NCBI GenBank assembly: GCA_937897005.1
Contig: CALCOQ010000110.1
Coordinates: 1 to 13,246 of the forward strand
Direction: 5' to 3'
Source of the DNA: an uncultured euryarchaeote
Lineage (GTDB): Archaea > Thermoplasmatota > Poseidoniia > Poseidoniales > Poseidoniaceae
Length of the DNA: 13,246 nt
Part shown: in pieces, positions 1 through 7,370 of the stretch
How the letters are laid out: each line of letters starts with the position of its first letter
Numbering within the stretch: position 1 is the first letter of the stretch
Notes under the pieces: generated by a model
The model's input: only the letters and a program-made list of their open reading frames with translations
Database searches by the model: none
Told to the model about the DNA's origin: nothing
Translations under genes and position numbers: made by a program

Positions 1-40
1 AATCAGTATCAGAAACCGCTTCGGTCACGGTAGCACTCAT
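1..40 (-). CDS. Possible 5' end of an unidentified minus-strand ORF running off the left edge (ATG at 40..38; MSATVTEAVSDTD...)
   Basis: The reverse complement of 38..40 is ATG, and the reading frame stays open to base 1. Only 13 codons are visible, so no family can be assigned. An AT-rich TATTAC motif centred about 28 nt upstream would suit an archaeal leaderless start. Confidence 0.2.
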   Translation of the reverse strand, partial: MSATVTEAVSDTD

Positions 41-109
41 GATTGTGCGAAATACTCAGAGGTTGTAATACTGATGCCGGTCAAAAGGCTGAATCAAGCA
101 TTCACACCC

Positions 110-131
110 AGTAGGCAAATATTCGCCTACT
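110..131 (-). terminator. Hairpin (7-bp stem AGTAGGC/GCCTACT, 8-nt loop) 16 nt downstream of the kinase-aldolase stop; a weak T4 run follows about 25 nt further on the transcribed strand
   Basis: Inverted repeat agtaggc aaatattc gcctact read directly from the sequence. There is no long oligo-T tract, so its termination function is uncertain. Confidence 0.2.
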
Positions 132-146
132 TCATCAGTCAATTGT

Positions 147-1685
147 TCACGAGAAACGGGCGAACAGGGTTCGTAGTTCTTCATCGCTGGCTGATGATAT
201 CGCTTCGCCCAGTCCAACTGCATCCATCCCTAGTTCAAACATGGGTTGAACGTCCTTCAGGCTGAGACCACCGACAGGAATGAGGATGACCTCCGGAAAC
301 ATCTCTCGTATCTTCAGCAATTCCTCGATTGGCCAATCCTTTGCCGCATGGAAGAGTTTCAACGCTTCAGCACCTTGGAGAATTGCTTTCTTCGCTTCAC
401 TGATATTCGCTACGCCTGGTACTGCCAGTGCACTGAAATTCTGGCATTCCTCAATGAAGTCAGGGGGATTAGTGGCTGAGAACAGGAACCGAGCCCCTCT
501 CTGTGTTGCTTTCATGACTTGGGATATCGGCTCGGTGATGGTTCCCACTCCTATACAGATGGTCTCCTTGTTCTCGATGAATCTGGCTGGGAGATTGGAC
601 GCACCGGGAGTATCCAGAGAGAACTCCAGTGCCTTCGCTCCAGCGTTGATCAATCGTTCTGCCAGTACCATTGTCTCCTCGATACTCTCACATCGCAGAA
701 TAGGAATGACACCCGCTTTGACAAGACCACTTGCTGCGACCACCTTCTTGCTCATGAGGTCGGCTTCCGATTTATTCCACTCCAATTGGTCTCCTTTGGT
801 GGATTGTTGAACAACAGCGACTTGGTCCGCTCTTCTGAGCGACCAGATTGTATGCCCACTTGCAACGAATCCGAATCCTGAGATGGCGCTGGCGGTCCAT
901 GCATCACCAGAGCCCAGATGTTCGATGGGCAGGTGTACCAACGCCTCCTCTCGTGTTGAGAAGATGTGTTCAGGGCCCGCAACCACTGACCAGCGTTTTT
1001 GGTGGCCATCACGTCTACCTTCGAATTTGTCTTTGAATGTGCAACCGACGGTACTTATGAGCCAACGTTTCGCAATCGCTTGTACCTTTTCTTCTTCGCT
1101 TGAAGCCTCGATTCCGTTATGCTGGCAGATCCAATCAAGGTCTGTGGATGACATCGACAGGAAGTGTATCTTGCGCAGATGAGGCTCTATCATTTCCCAT
1201 GCTTCCTCACGGCTGCACAGTGCTGGTCTGTGGTTGATGTCAAGGCTGATCTTGACGCCATCCAGTTCAGCAAAAGTGAGTACTCGATTCCACAGCGCTC
1301 TTGGGCCATCACCCAGAAATGGAGTGATGCCAGTCAGATGGACCCAGCCCGCATTTGTCAACAGGTTTCGTACTGGAATCGAATCGGCATCCAGTTGGGC
1401 GAATGCGGAATCTGAACGATCATACTCCACTTTCTTTTCTTCTACATTGACCATGTATTCGCCCACCTTGCCGGAAGACCGGAAAATCAGGCTATCTACA
1501 CCGTAGGAGGTGGCGTGGGAAACGATGCCCTTGTCATTTTCTGGAAGCACACTCAACCAGGTGGTATCCCAACCGAATTGAGCCAGTGCGATGGCGACAT
1601 TCAGTTCAGCGCCACCGATGGTGACCTCATCTGAATCAGACATGCGGCGTAGCATTGCCTCGCCAACGCAGATCACGTCAACCAT
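147..1685 (-). CDS. Bifunctional fusion: N-terminal PfkB-family sugar kinase (2-keto-3-deoxygluconate kinase-like) + C-terminal KDPG/KHG aldolase (Eda)
   Basis: 512-aa ORF with an ATG start at 1685..1683 and a TGA stop at 147..149. The N-terminus carries PfkB signature 1 (IGGAELNVAIALAQFG), and the ATP-site motif LGSGDAW matches the PfkB GAGDAF motif. The last ~200 aa align residue-for-residue with E. coli Eda: VIPILRCESIEETMVLAERLINAGAKALEFSLDTPGA, ICIGVGTITEP, the Schiff-base lysine context EALKLFHA, and PVGGLSLKDV. An SD-like GAGGT lies 6 nt upstream of the ATG, overlapping the pelota stop. Confidence 0.8.
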   Translation of the reverse strand: MVDVICVGEAMLRRMSDSDEVTIGGAELNVAIALAQFGWDTTWLSVLPENDKGIVSHATSYGVDSLIFRSSGKVGEYMVNVEEKKVEYDRSDSAFAQLDADSIPVRNLLTNAGWVHLTGITPFLGDGPRALWNRVLTFAELDGVKISLDINHRPALCSREEAWEMIEPHLRKIHFLSMSSTDLDWICQHNGIEASSEEEKVQAIAKRWLISTVGCTFKDKFEGRRDGHQKRWSVVAGPEHIFSTREEALVHLPIEHLGSGDAWTASAISGFGFVASGHTIWSLRRADQVAVVQQSTKGDQLEWNKSEADLMSKKVVAASGLVKAGVIPILRCESIEETMVLAERLINAGAKALEFSLDTPGASNLPARFIENKETICIGVGTITEPISQVMKATQRGARFLFSATNPPDFIEECQNFSALAVPGVANISEAKKAILQGAEALKLFHAAKDWPIEELLKIREMFPEVILIPVGGLSLKDVQPMFELGMDAVGLGEAISSASDEELRTLFARFS

Positions 1686-1691
1686 GACAAT

Positions 1692-1696
1692 ACCTC
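1692..1696 (-). promoter_or_regulatory. Shine-Dalgarno-like GAGGT for the kinase-aldolase gene, embedded in the 9-bp pelota/kinase gap
   Basis: The minus strand reads TGAGGTATTGTCATG: the pelota TGA stop overlaps GAGGT, and a 6-nt spacer leads to the ATG. Confidence 0.4.
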
Positions 1697-2753
1697 AAAT
1701 CTTGAATCGCAGTAATGCGATTGCTCCTCCGAAACTCAACAATTGCTGTCCATCATCATGCTCAAGGGAACATTGCACCAGTTTTGCTCCGGTATCGGAC
1801 AGGTCAATGACCCATTCCTCCCAAGAAGCTCCATTGATGGAATCCTCTGAACGAAGTGTTTCTGCACTGATCAACATGGTCTCGATAGCACCCTCTTCCT
1901 TCGCCCTCTGCAGTTCCTTCTTGCCGTAGGCGACCGCTCCATCCGTGGCCAGACGTCTCCAGCACTCTCCCAGTAGTCGCACTTCGTTGACCAGACTGTG
2001 CTCGGCGAGGAGTTCTCCTCCCAAGCCCTCATTCAGCACCTCATTGACGCCGGGCCTACCACCTATGGATGTGGCCACAGTCTTGAGTTCCCTGCCGGTG
2101 TGCTGCATTTCTGCGAGCAATCTTTCACGGGCCATTCCTGGACCGCACAACAGCAGTGGGACATCTTCGGGTAACTGCATGTGCAGGTCCTTGGCGATCT
2201 TGATTCGGAACGAATCCTGAACATCTTGACTCGCCTTTGCTCCACCTGAATATTTCCCTCCCCCTCTGAGGGTGAATTGTGCCACTTCTCGAATTCCATG
2301 TGTTGCCAATTCGAAGAGATTGACTTCATCGTGCTCGACAACAGCGATGGCCAGTCTACTCTGACCTCCAGCCCGGCTGGCCTTTTCCAGCAGTTCCACA
2401 TCCACTCTTGGAAACGAAGCCGCTCGCAATTCCACTTCATCTCCTAATTCGATAAGATGGGTATGATGGCTACCCTTGTCCACAGGGGCCTCTTCGATGA
2501 TTCCGTGGACCCTGAGAATGTCACTGAATGCATGGTTCTCATGAGACACGATACGCAGAACAATCCACATTCGTTTGCGCTCTGCGGCTTTTGCTCTACC
2601 ACCTTCTTGTCCCGCAGTGGTCTGGTCTCTACGTTCCCCCAGCATCCCAAGCAATCGACCTTTCTTGCATAGATGAGCAAGAGTCCAGAGGTCATCGTCA
2701 CTGCGAATCCTCAGACGCCATAGGTCGGGCTCGCGTTTGATGACCTGCACCAT
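1695..2753 (-). CDS. pelA: Pelota / Dom34 homologue (mRNA surveillance, ribosome rescue factor)
   Basis: The ORF track gives 1695..2834, but the codon at 2834..2832 is TTG. The internal ATG at 2753..2751 yields MVQVIKREPDLWRLRIRSDDDLWTLAHL, which matches the archaeal Pelota N-terminus (I-x-L-x-PE-x-LDDLW-x-L about 12 residues from the Met). Overall length is then 352 aa, with the eRF1-like central and C-terminal domains (LLCGPGMARERL...). Pelota is restricted to archaea and eukaryotes. Confidence 0.85.
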   Translation of the reverse strand: MVQVIKREPDLWRLRIRSDDDLWTLAHLCKKGRLLGMLGERRDQTTAGQEGGRAKAAERKRMWIVLRIVSHENHAFSDILRVHGIIEEAPVDKGSHHTHLIELGDEVELRAASFPRVDVELLEKASRAGGQSRLAIAVVEHDEVNLFELATHGIREVAQFTLRGGGKYSGGAKASQDVQDSFRIKIAKDLHMQLPEDVPLLLCGPGMARERLLAEMQHTGRELKTVATSIGGRPGVNEVLNEGLGGELLAEHSLVNEVRLLGECWRRLATDGAVAYGKKELQRAKEEGAIETMLISAETLRSEDSINGASWEEWVIDLSDTGAKLVQCSLEHDDGQQLLSFGGAIALLRFKI

Positions 2754-2830
2754 CTCACCGGTTCTGCTCCGCAGATGACACATTTTCAACCTGCGCACTG
2801 AGAATGAGCAGTAATCAGGTTGCTTCTCGT

Positions 2831-4546
2831 TCAACTGAACAGGCCGGTCAGGTTTCCATCTGTATCCATATCCATGTCCACAGCGGCCGGAATCTTCGGC
2901 AGACCAGGCATGGTCATCATTTCACCCAGTACTGCGACCACGAATCCGGCACCGGCATTCAATCGGAATTCCCTTACCGGAATCTCGAATCCAGATGGAG
3001 CGCCAAGCAGATCAGGGTCATGGCTGAATGAATACTGGGTCTTCGCCATGCAGACCGGTAGGTTTCCATAGCCCCAATCCACGATCTGTTTCAGTTGCCG
3101 GTGGGCCTTGGCGCGGATGTTTATTCCAGAACCCCCATAGATCTGTGTTGCTATCTTGAGAATCTTCTCAGCCACCTCTGCATCCTTCTTGAACAACGGA
3201 GTGAACGGCCTTCCTGCGGCGATATGGTCCTCAGTTGCTGCAATCACTGCTCTGGCCAGTTCCAGTCCTCCGATTCCTCCTCTGGCATGGCCCTCGAAGA
3301 TGACTGCATCCTTGGCACCTGAATCCAGTGCTGCTAGACGGAGTGCGTCCAGTTCCGCCTGCGTATCACTACCAAAGCGATTGATGCTGACCACTACAGG
3401 GACACCGAACAGCATCATGTTGCGGATATGTCTGTCGAGGTTGCTCTTTGCACCTGCCAGGACTGCTTCCACATCGGGTTTGTCCATTTCTTCTGAACTT
3501 GGTCTCCGACCCCCTCGGTCCCCAAATGCACCTCCATGCAGTTTCATGGAACGCAGAGTCACGTTGAGTACAATACAATCAGGTCCCCGTCCACTTGTTG
3601 CTGCTTTGATATGCATGAATTTCTCAGCACCCATGTCAGAACCGAATCCGGCTTCGGTCACTACATATTCGCAGCATGCCAATGCTACCCTATCTGCAAT
3701 GATGCTCGAGTTCCCATGAGCGATGTTTGCAAATGGACCGCCATGGATGAAGGCAGGGTCCTTCTCAAGGGTCTGGACCAGGTTTGGCAGGAAGGCATTG
3801 CGTAGCAGCAGAGCCATCGACCCAGCCGCACCAAGTTGTTCTGCCCTGACCGGGTCTCCATCTGAATTCTCGCCTATGATGATGTCGCCAAGGCGATTGC
3901 GCAGGTCCTCATAATCCGAAGCCAGAACCAGTATCGCCATCACTTCACTAGCCGCGGTAATGTCAAAGCGGTCTTCTCGCACGTAACCATTTGCTGCTCC
4001 TCCTTTACCTACGGTCACATTGCGCAGCGCTCGGTCATTCAGATCGATGACTCTTGGCCAACTGATGCGCAATGGGTCAATCGCCAGTTCATTTCCATGT
4101 TTGATGTGATTATCAATCAGCGTGGAAAGAAGATTATGGGCAGAGGTGACAGCATGCAGGTCACCTGTGAAATGCAGGTTGATATCCTCCATCGGCAGAA
4201 CCTGTGAATATCCTCCACCAGCAGCTCCGCCCTTGATTCCGAATACTGGCCCCATACTGGGTTCTCTGATGACGCAGGTGGCCTCTCTTCCATGACGGTT
4301 GATGGCTTGACTCAAACCGATGGTGGTGACGGTTTTTCCTTCTCCGAATGGAGTTGGGTTCACGGAAGTCACCAGAATCAAGTTTCCTTGCGGTTCATCA
4401 AATCTTTTCTTGATACCTTGCCACCTGATCTTGGCCATCCCATCACCGGTCAAGACCAACTCCTCAATGGGGATTCCCAGTTTCCAGGCAATCTCTTCGA
4501 CAGGTGCCATCACTGCGGCTCTGGCGATGTCGAGGTCGCTGTCCAT
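2831..4546 (-). CDS. fhs: Formate--tetrahydrofolate ligase (formyl-THF synthetase)
   Basis: 571 aa with ATG at 4546..4544 and TGA at 2831..2833. The N-terminus MDSDLDIARAAVMAPVEEIAWKLGI matches the FTHFS start. The P-loop PTPFGEGKTVTTIGL and the rest of the protein are typical of FTHFS. Confidence 0.95.
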   Translation of the reverse strand: MDSDLDIARAAVMAPVEEIAWKLGIPIEELVLTGDGMAKIRWQGIKKRFDEPQGNLILVTSVNPTPFGEGKTVTTIGLSQAINRHGREATCVIREPSMGPVFGIKGGAAGGGYSQVLPMEDINLHFTGDLHAVTSAHNLLSTLIDNHIKHGNELAIDPLRISWPRVIDLNDRALRNVTVGKGGAANGYVREDRFDITAASEVMAILVLASDYEDLRNRLGDIIIGENSDGDPVRAEQLGAAGSMALLLRNAFLPNLVQTLEKDPAFIHGGPFANIAHGNSSIIADRVALACCEYVVTEAGFGSDMGAEKFMHIKAATSGRGPDCIVLNVTLRSMKLHGGAFGDRGGRRPSSEEMDKPDVEAVLAGAKSNLDRHIRNMMLFGVPVVVSINRFGSDTQAELDALRLAALDSGAKDAVIFEGHARGGIGGLELARAVIAATEDHIAAGRPFTPLFKKDAEVAEKILKIATQIYGGSGINIRAKAHRQLKQIVDWGYGNLPVCMAKTQYSFSHDPDLLGAPSGFEIPVREFRLNAGAGFVVAVLGEMMTMPGLPKIPAAVDMDMDTDGNLTGLFS

Positions 4547-4564
4547 GGACGCTGTGGCAGATAG

Positions 4565-4592
4565 ACGCTCTTTGAGCGTTCCCTCATGAGGG
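4565..4592. promoter_or_regulatory. Stem-loop (ACGCTC ttt GAGCGT) immediately followed by a perfect 12-bp palindrome CCCTCATGAGGG in the 63-bp flotillin/fhs spacer
   Basis: Read directly from the sequence. It lies 20-45 nt upstream of the fhs ATG. No T-tract follows it, so it is more likely an operator or RNA structure than a terminator. Confidence 0.25.
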
Positions 4593-4609
4593 CCCTATTG
4601 GGTCCTCAA

Positions 4610-6022
4610 TCATTCGCTCTTGTCTTCAGCCATCGAGCCCAGATAAGACGGTAGGTCAACACCAGCCATCTTGGCGACATCGTGTATCGGAGGTAGGCTG
4701 TTGATCAAGTTGGAAACGAAATTGGCTGTACTGGAGCTATCTGCCCCACCTGAGTCCCAGACGGTGATCTTGTCTATCTGCAGGTTGCTGATAGCCTCTA
4801 CCTGTCGGGCCACGATATTCTCTATCTTCTCCACCATCAACAGGGTGGCTGCAGCCTTGGGGTCTCCTCCACTTGCCTTGACAAGTTTCTCGTATCCCAT
4901 TGCCTTGGCATTGAGAACCTCTGCGATTCCTTCAGCCTCTGCACGACGTAAGGAGAGGATTGCATCTGCCTCACCTTGTGCGGTGCGGCGGATTCTTTCA
5001 GCCTCTGCTTCTGCAGCAATCTCAATCTGAGTTTTAGCAATTTCTTCGCGAACGATCTCCTCGGCTTTGAGGCGCTCTTGTTCAAGGGAGTATTGTGCCT
5101 TCTGGATCTCGGTTTCTGCTTGCCGTCTTGCGACCTCAGATCTCTGTAGCGCTGCAGCCTCCTTTTCTGCGAGACCAGCATTGTAATCGGCGATGTTGGC
5201 CTTTGCCAGGTTCTCTCCCTCGATACCGAGCGCTTCTTGACTCTGGACGTAGACACGCTGGTTGATCTCAGCACCTTTCTTACCTTTCTCAGATTCAGCC
5301 ATGTGCTCAGCAACTTCAACTTCTCTCTGACGGTCTGCTTCTGCAGTTCCTACAGCACCATCTCTCTGGGCCTGAGCAACATCGACTCGTGCAGCTTCGA
5401 CGGCTGTTGCAGCAGCCTTCTTACCGATGCTCTCGATATAGTTCGCCTCATCGTGGATATCGGTGATGTTGACGTTGATCAGGTATAGTCCGACCTTGTT
5501 CAACTCGGGCTCGACATGGCTGCGGATGAGTTCAAGGAAGGACTCACGGTCCTGATTGATCTGCTCGATCCTCAGCGAGGCGACAGTCAATCGCAATTGT
5601 CCAAAGATGATCTCCTTCGCCATCTCCTCTATCTGGGTTGCTTGTTGGCCCAATAGTCTCTCAGCCGCATTCTGCATGATCTCACTGACGGTGCTGACTC
5701 CGATGGTGAATGTGCTTGGAACATTGATTCGAATGTTCTGGAGTGACAGTGCGTTCTGTAGGTCGATGAGGATGGTCATCGGTCTGAGGTCAATGAAGGC
5801 ATAATCCTGGAACAGAGGCCAAACGAACTTACCACCACCGTGGTGACATTGCGCGAATTGCCCCTCTTGGGTCTTACCATAGATGACCAGTATCTTGTCC
5901 GATGGGCAGCGTTTGAATCTCGATGCATACAGCAGCACCGAAAGTGCGAGTAATCCTATGAACGCCAGAATGGCGATCGTCATTATTCCTGTTCCATCAT
6001 CTGTGTGGCTCGTCATGTTCAT
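4610..6022 (-). CDS. SPFH/Band-7 flotillin-like membrane protein (YqiK/FloT-like)
   Basis: 470 aa with ATG at 6022..6020. It has an N-terminal TM helix (IMTIAILAFIGLLALSVLLYA), an SPFH domain, and a long Ala/Glu-rich coiled-coil (the flotillin EA-repeat region, AEAEAERIRR...). Its start overlaps the upstream NfeD gene's stop in an ATGA arrangement. Confidence 0.9.
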   Translation of the reverse strand: MNMTSHTDDGTGIMTIAILAFIGLLALSVLLYASRFKRCPSDKILVIYGKTQEGQFAQCHHGGGKFVWPLFQDYAFIDLRPMTILIDLQNALSLQNIRINVPSTFTIGVSTVSEIMQNAAERLLGQQATQIEEMAKEIIFGQLRLTVASLRIEQINQDRESFLELIRSHVEPELNKVGLYLINVNITDIHDEANYIESIGKKAAATAVEAARVDVAQAQRDGAVGTAEADRQREVEVAEHMAESEKGKKGAEINQRVYVQSQEALGIEGENLAKANIADYNAGLAEKEAAALQRSEVARRQAETEIQKAQYSLEQERLKAEEIVREEIAKTQIEIAAEAEAERIRRTAQGEADAILSLRRAEAEGIAEVLNAKAMGYEKLVKASGGDPKAAATLLMVEKIENIVARQVEAISNLQIDKITVWDSGGADSSSTANFVSNLINSLPPIHDVAKMAGVDLPSYLGSMAEDKSE

Positions 6023-6630
6023 TCATCCTCATTATTTTCCTTGGAGAATGGTACGACGACCATTCTTCCAGCGATTACATCATTCACGGTTACCATCGAT
6101 CCTGTTTTCAGGTACAGTTTCTCATCCTCAGCAGAGGCATCAAGAGTTCGCATTGCACCTTGGATATTAACCTGTATCTGACCAACCTCTCCAGGTTTGA
6201 TTCTCATGTACACAGTTCCAGTTTGTCCGATGGCATTGTTGATGTCCATGGTGCCGCTGGTCTGAATGTTGTGGAATACCTGAAACAGTTTTCCCATGCT
6301 CCACATTGAACCGCCACCAGCCACAGTACCAGCAAGTAGTGCTACCATGTCATTCTGATCAGAGCGGGAGAATGCCAGACCAATCAGGCCGAACATCATC
6401 ACGAAGGCGATTATTCCTTGAAATGTGAATGCCTTGAATGAGAGGTCGGCCCCCATATCGACGTCCAGACCAAGCGCTCCATCGAGAAGTCCTCCAGCCA
6501 CACCGCCGATCATGAGCAGAAAGAACCAGGCCAGAAACAACAGTCCTCCAACAAGTGCTGCTGAAGCAAAAAGGAGATCCAGGCCGGAGACATCACCAAG
6601 TCCGACGAGTTCAAACAGATTCCATGCCAT
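6019..6630 (-). CDS. NfeD-like membrane protein, short YqiJ/YuaF type (N-terminal TM helices + C-terminal OB-fold beta-barrel)
   Basis: 203 aa with ATG at 6630..6628. Gly-rich TM helices are followed by a C-terminal GQTGTVYMRIKPGEVGQIQVNIQG...VTVNDVIAGRMVVVP segment typical of NfeD OB domains. It shows the canonical nfeD-flotillin gene pairing, with a 4-bp ATGA overlap onto the flotillin start. Confidence 0.85.
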   Translation of the reverse strand: MAWNLFELVGLGDVSGLDLLFASAALVGGLLFLAWFFLLMIGGVAGGLLDGALGLDVDMGADLSFKAFTFQGIIAFVMMFGLIGLAFSRSDQNDMVALLAGTVAGGGSMWSMGKLFQVFHNIQTSGTMDINNAIGQTGTVYMRIKPGEVGQIQVNIQGAMRTLDASAEDEKLYLKTGSMVTVNDVIAGRMVVVPFSKENNEDE

Positions 6631-6634
6631 GATT

Positions 6635-6642
6635 TCACCTCC
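6635..6642 (-). promoter_or_regulatory. Strong Shine-Dalgarno GGAGGTGA 4 nt upstream of the NfeD ATG
   Basis: The minus strand reads GGAGGTGAAATCATG inside the 15-bp gap after the upstream small ORF. Confidence 0.5.
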
Positions 6643-6645
6643 AGT

Positions 6646-6927
6646 TCAGTTAACCTTGCCCTTCCGACTGGTGGCAGAGGCTTTGTTGCTTTCCCCTTTT
6701 CCCTTTTGACCCCATTCGATGAATTTTCGCTCTAGGGTCATCAGTGGACCGAGAGATGCTCCGACGATGATGGCGATCCACAGTGATGATAACTTCAATG
6801 CAATGCCTCCGAAGACCATCAATATTGGAATCATCACCCATACGAAGCGCCGAATCAAGACCCAATATCCACCCATCAAAGACTCATGACTTTCATCTTC
6901 TATCATTCGACTGAGAGCACTTCCCAT
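6646..6927 (-). CDS. Small hypothetical membrane protein (93 aa): acidic N-terminus, 2 predicted TM helices, Lys/Ser-rich C-terminal tail
   Basis: ATG at 6927..6925 with GAGGT 6 nt upstream. It sits 15 bp upstream of nfeD and 9 bp downstream of the next ORF on the same strand. Hydrophobic stretches are YWVLIRRFVWVMIPILMVFGG and LWIAIIVGASLGPL. No family was recognised. Confidence 0.5.
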   Translation of the reverse strand: MGSALSRMIEDESHESLMGGYWVLIRRFVWVMIPILMVFGGIALKLSSLWIAIIVGASLGPLMTLERKFIEWGQKGKGESNKASATSRKGKVN

Positions 6928-6936
6928 GCGGATACC

Positions 6937-7275
6937 TCAGAACAGCCATTTGGTGAGGAACCAGCAAATGATGAACCAGAAGAAAGTGATCCATAGACTA
7001 GATTTGTCCCTTTTTCCGGCTGCTTTCTCTATCAGTGTACCTTCTTCATTCCTGTATGTATTGGTACGTTCGTGCTTGTTGTATCCCTGCAACTCTGTGA
7101 GTGTATTGTTGCGTTTCTCTTGAATCCAGAAATATCCGGCCAGAACCACCATTGCTGCACCGCTTGAACCAAACAATGTGGTCATCGGCCCCTCAAGTTC
7201 TTCCCACATCCCGAACATCAGGAATATCTGGGTCAGGCCGAGCAACATCCAGATGAGTGAGCCGTTATTCTTCAT
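6937..7275 (-). CDS. Small hypothetical membrane protein (112 aa): 3 predicted TM helices with a charged 40-aa loop
   Basis: ATG at 7275..7273. It is the first gene of the tight minus-strand cluster 7275 to 4610. TM segments are LIWMLLGLTQIFLMFGMW, AAMVVLAGYFWI and LWITFFWFIICWFLTKWLF. No family was recognised. Confidence 0.45.
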   Translation of the reverse strand: MKNNGSLIWMLLGLTQIFLMFGMWEELEGPMTTLFGSSGAAMVVLAGYFWIQEKRNNTLTELQGYNKHERTNTYRNEEGTLIEKAAGKRDKSSLWITFFWFIICWFLTKWLF

Positions 7276-7370
7276 GGAGTTCGTACTGCCGTGCAGGTGT
7301 TCAATTATGAGGTTAATGCCGGATGGTTTGCAGGCGTTTCATTCAAGTGCTCCATTCACTGCCTATAGTC

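Noticed and set aside
74-265. 63-aa plus-strand ORF spanning the kinase-aldolase 3' end and downstream spacer
   Set aside because: It overlaps the well-supported minus-strand gene, has no RBS, and its translation has no recognisable features.
246-1506. Multiple plus-strand ORFs (246..479, 280..810, 519..881, 883..1182, 1164..1415, 1234..1506) nested in the kinase-aldolase gene
   Set aside because: They lie antisense and out of frame within a 512-aa ORF that has clear family signatures along its whole length. Their translations are low-complexity and Ser/Arg-rich with no motifs, so they are shadow ORFs.
2832-2834. ORF-track start codons at 2834, 8384, 12769 and 13126 shown as M
   Set aside because: Reading the bases shows these are TTG, TTG, TTG and GTG respectively. 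For pelota and pccB, internal ATGs (2753, 12721) give N-termini matching their families. For 13126 the frame is open to the window edge, so the gene is truncated rather than starting there. 8384 was kept as the provisional start only because of its SD.
4837-5319. 160-aa Lys/Arg-rich minus-strand ORF and the recurring gcctctgc / gcttctgcag DNA motifs in the flotillin gene (possible repeat array)
   Set aside because: The DNA repeats are the codon-level echo of the flotillin Ala/Glu-rich coiled-coil (EAEAE). The basic ORF is the alternate-frame reading of that segment. It is not a CRISPR or tandem repeat array.
6650-6865. 71-aa minus-strand ORF overlapping the 93-aa small membrane protein in another frame
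   Set aside because: Its start is internal and there is no SD. The alternative frame (6646..6927) has two clean TM helices, an SD, and operon-consistent spacing.
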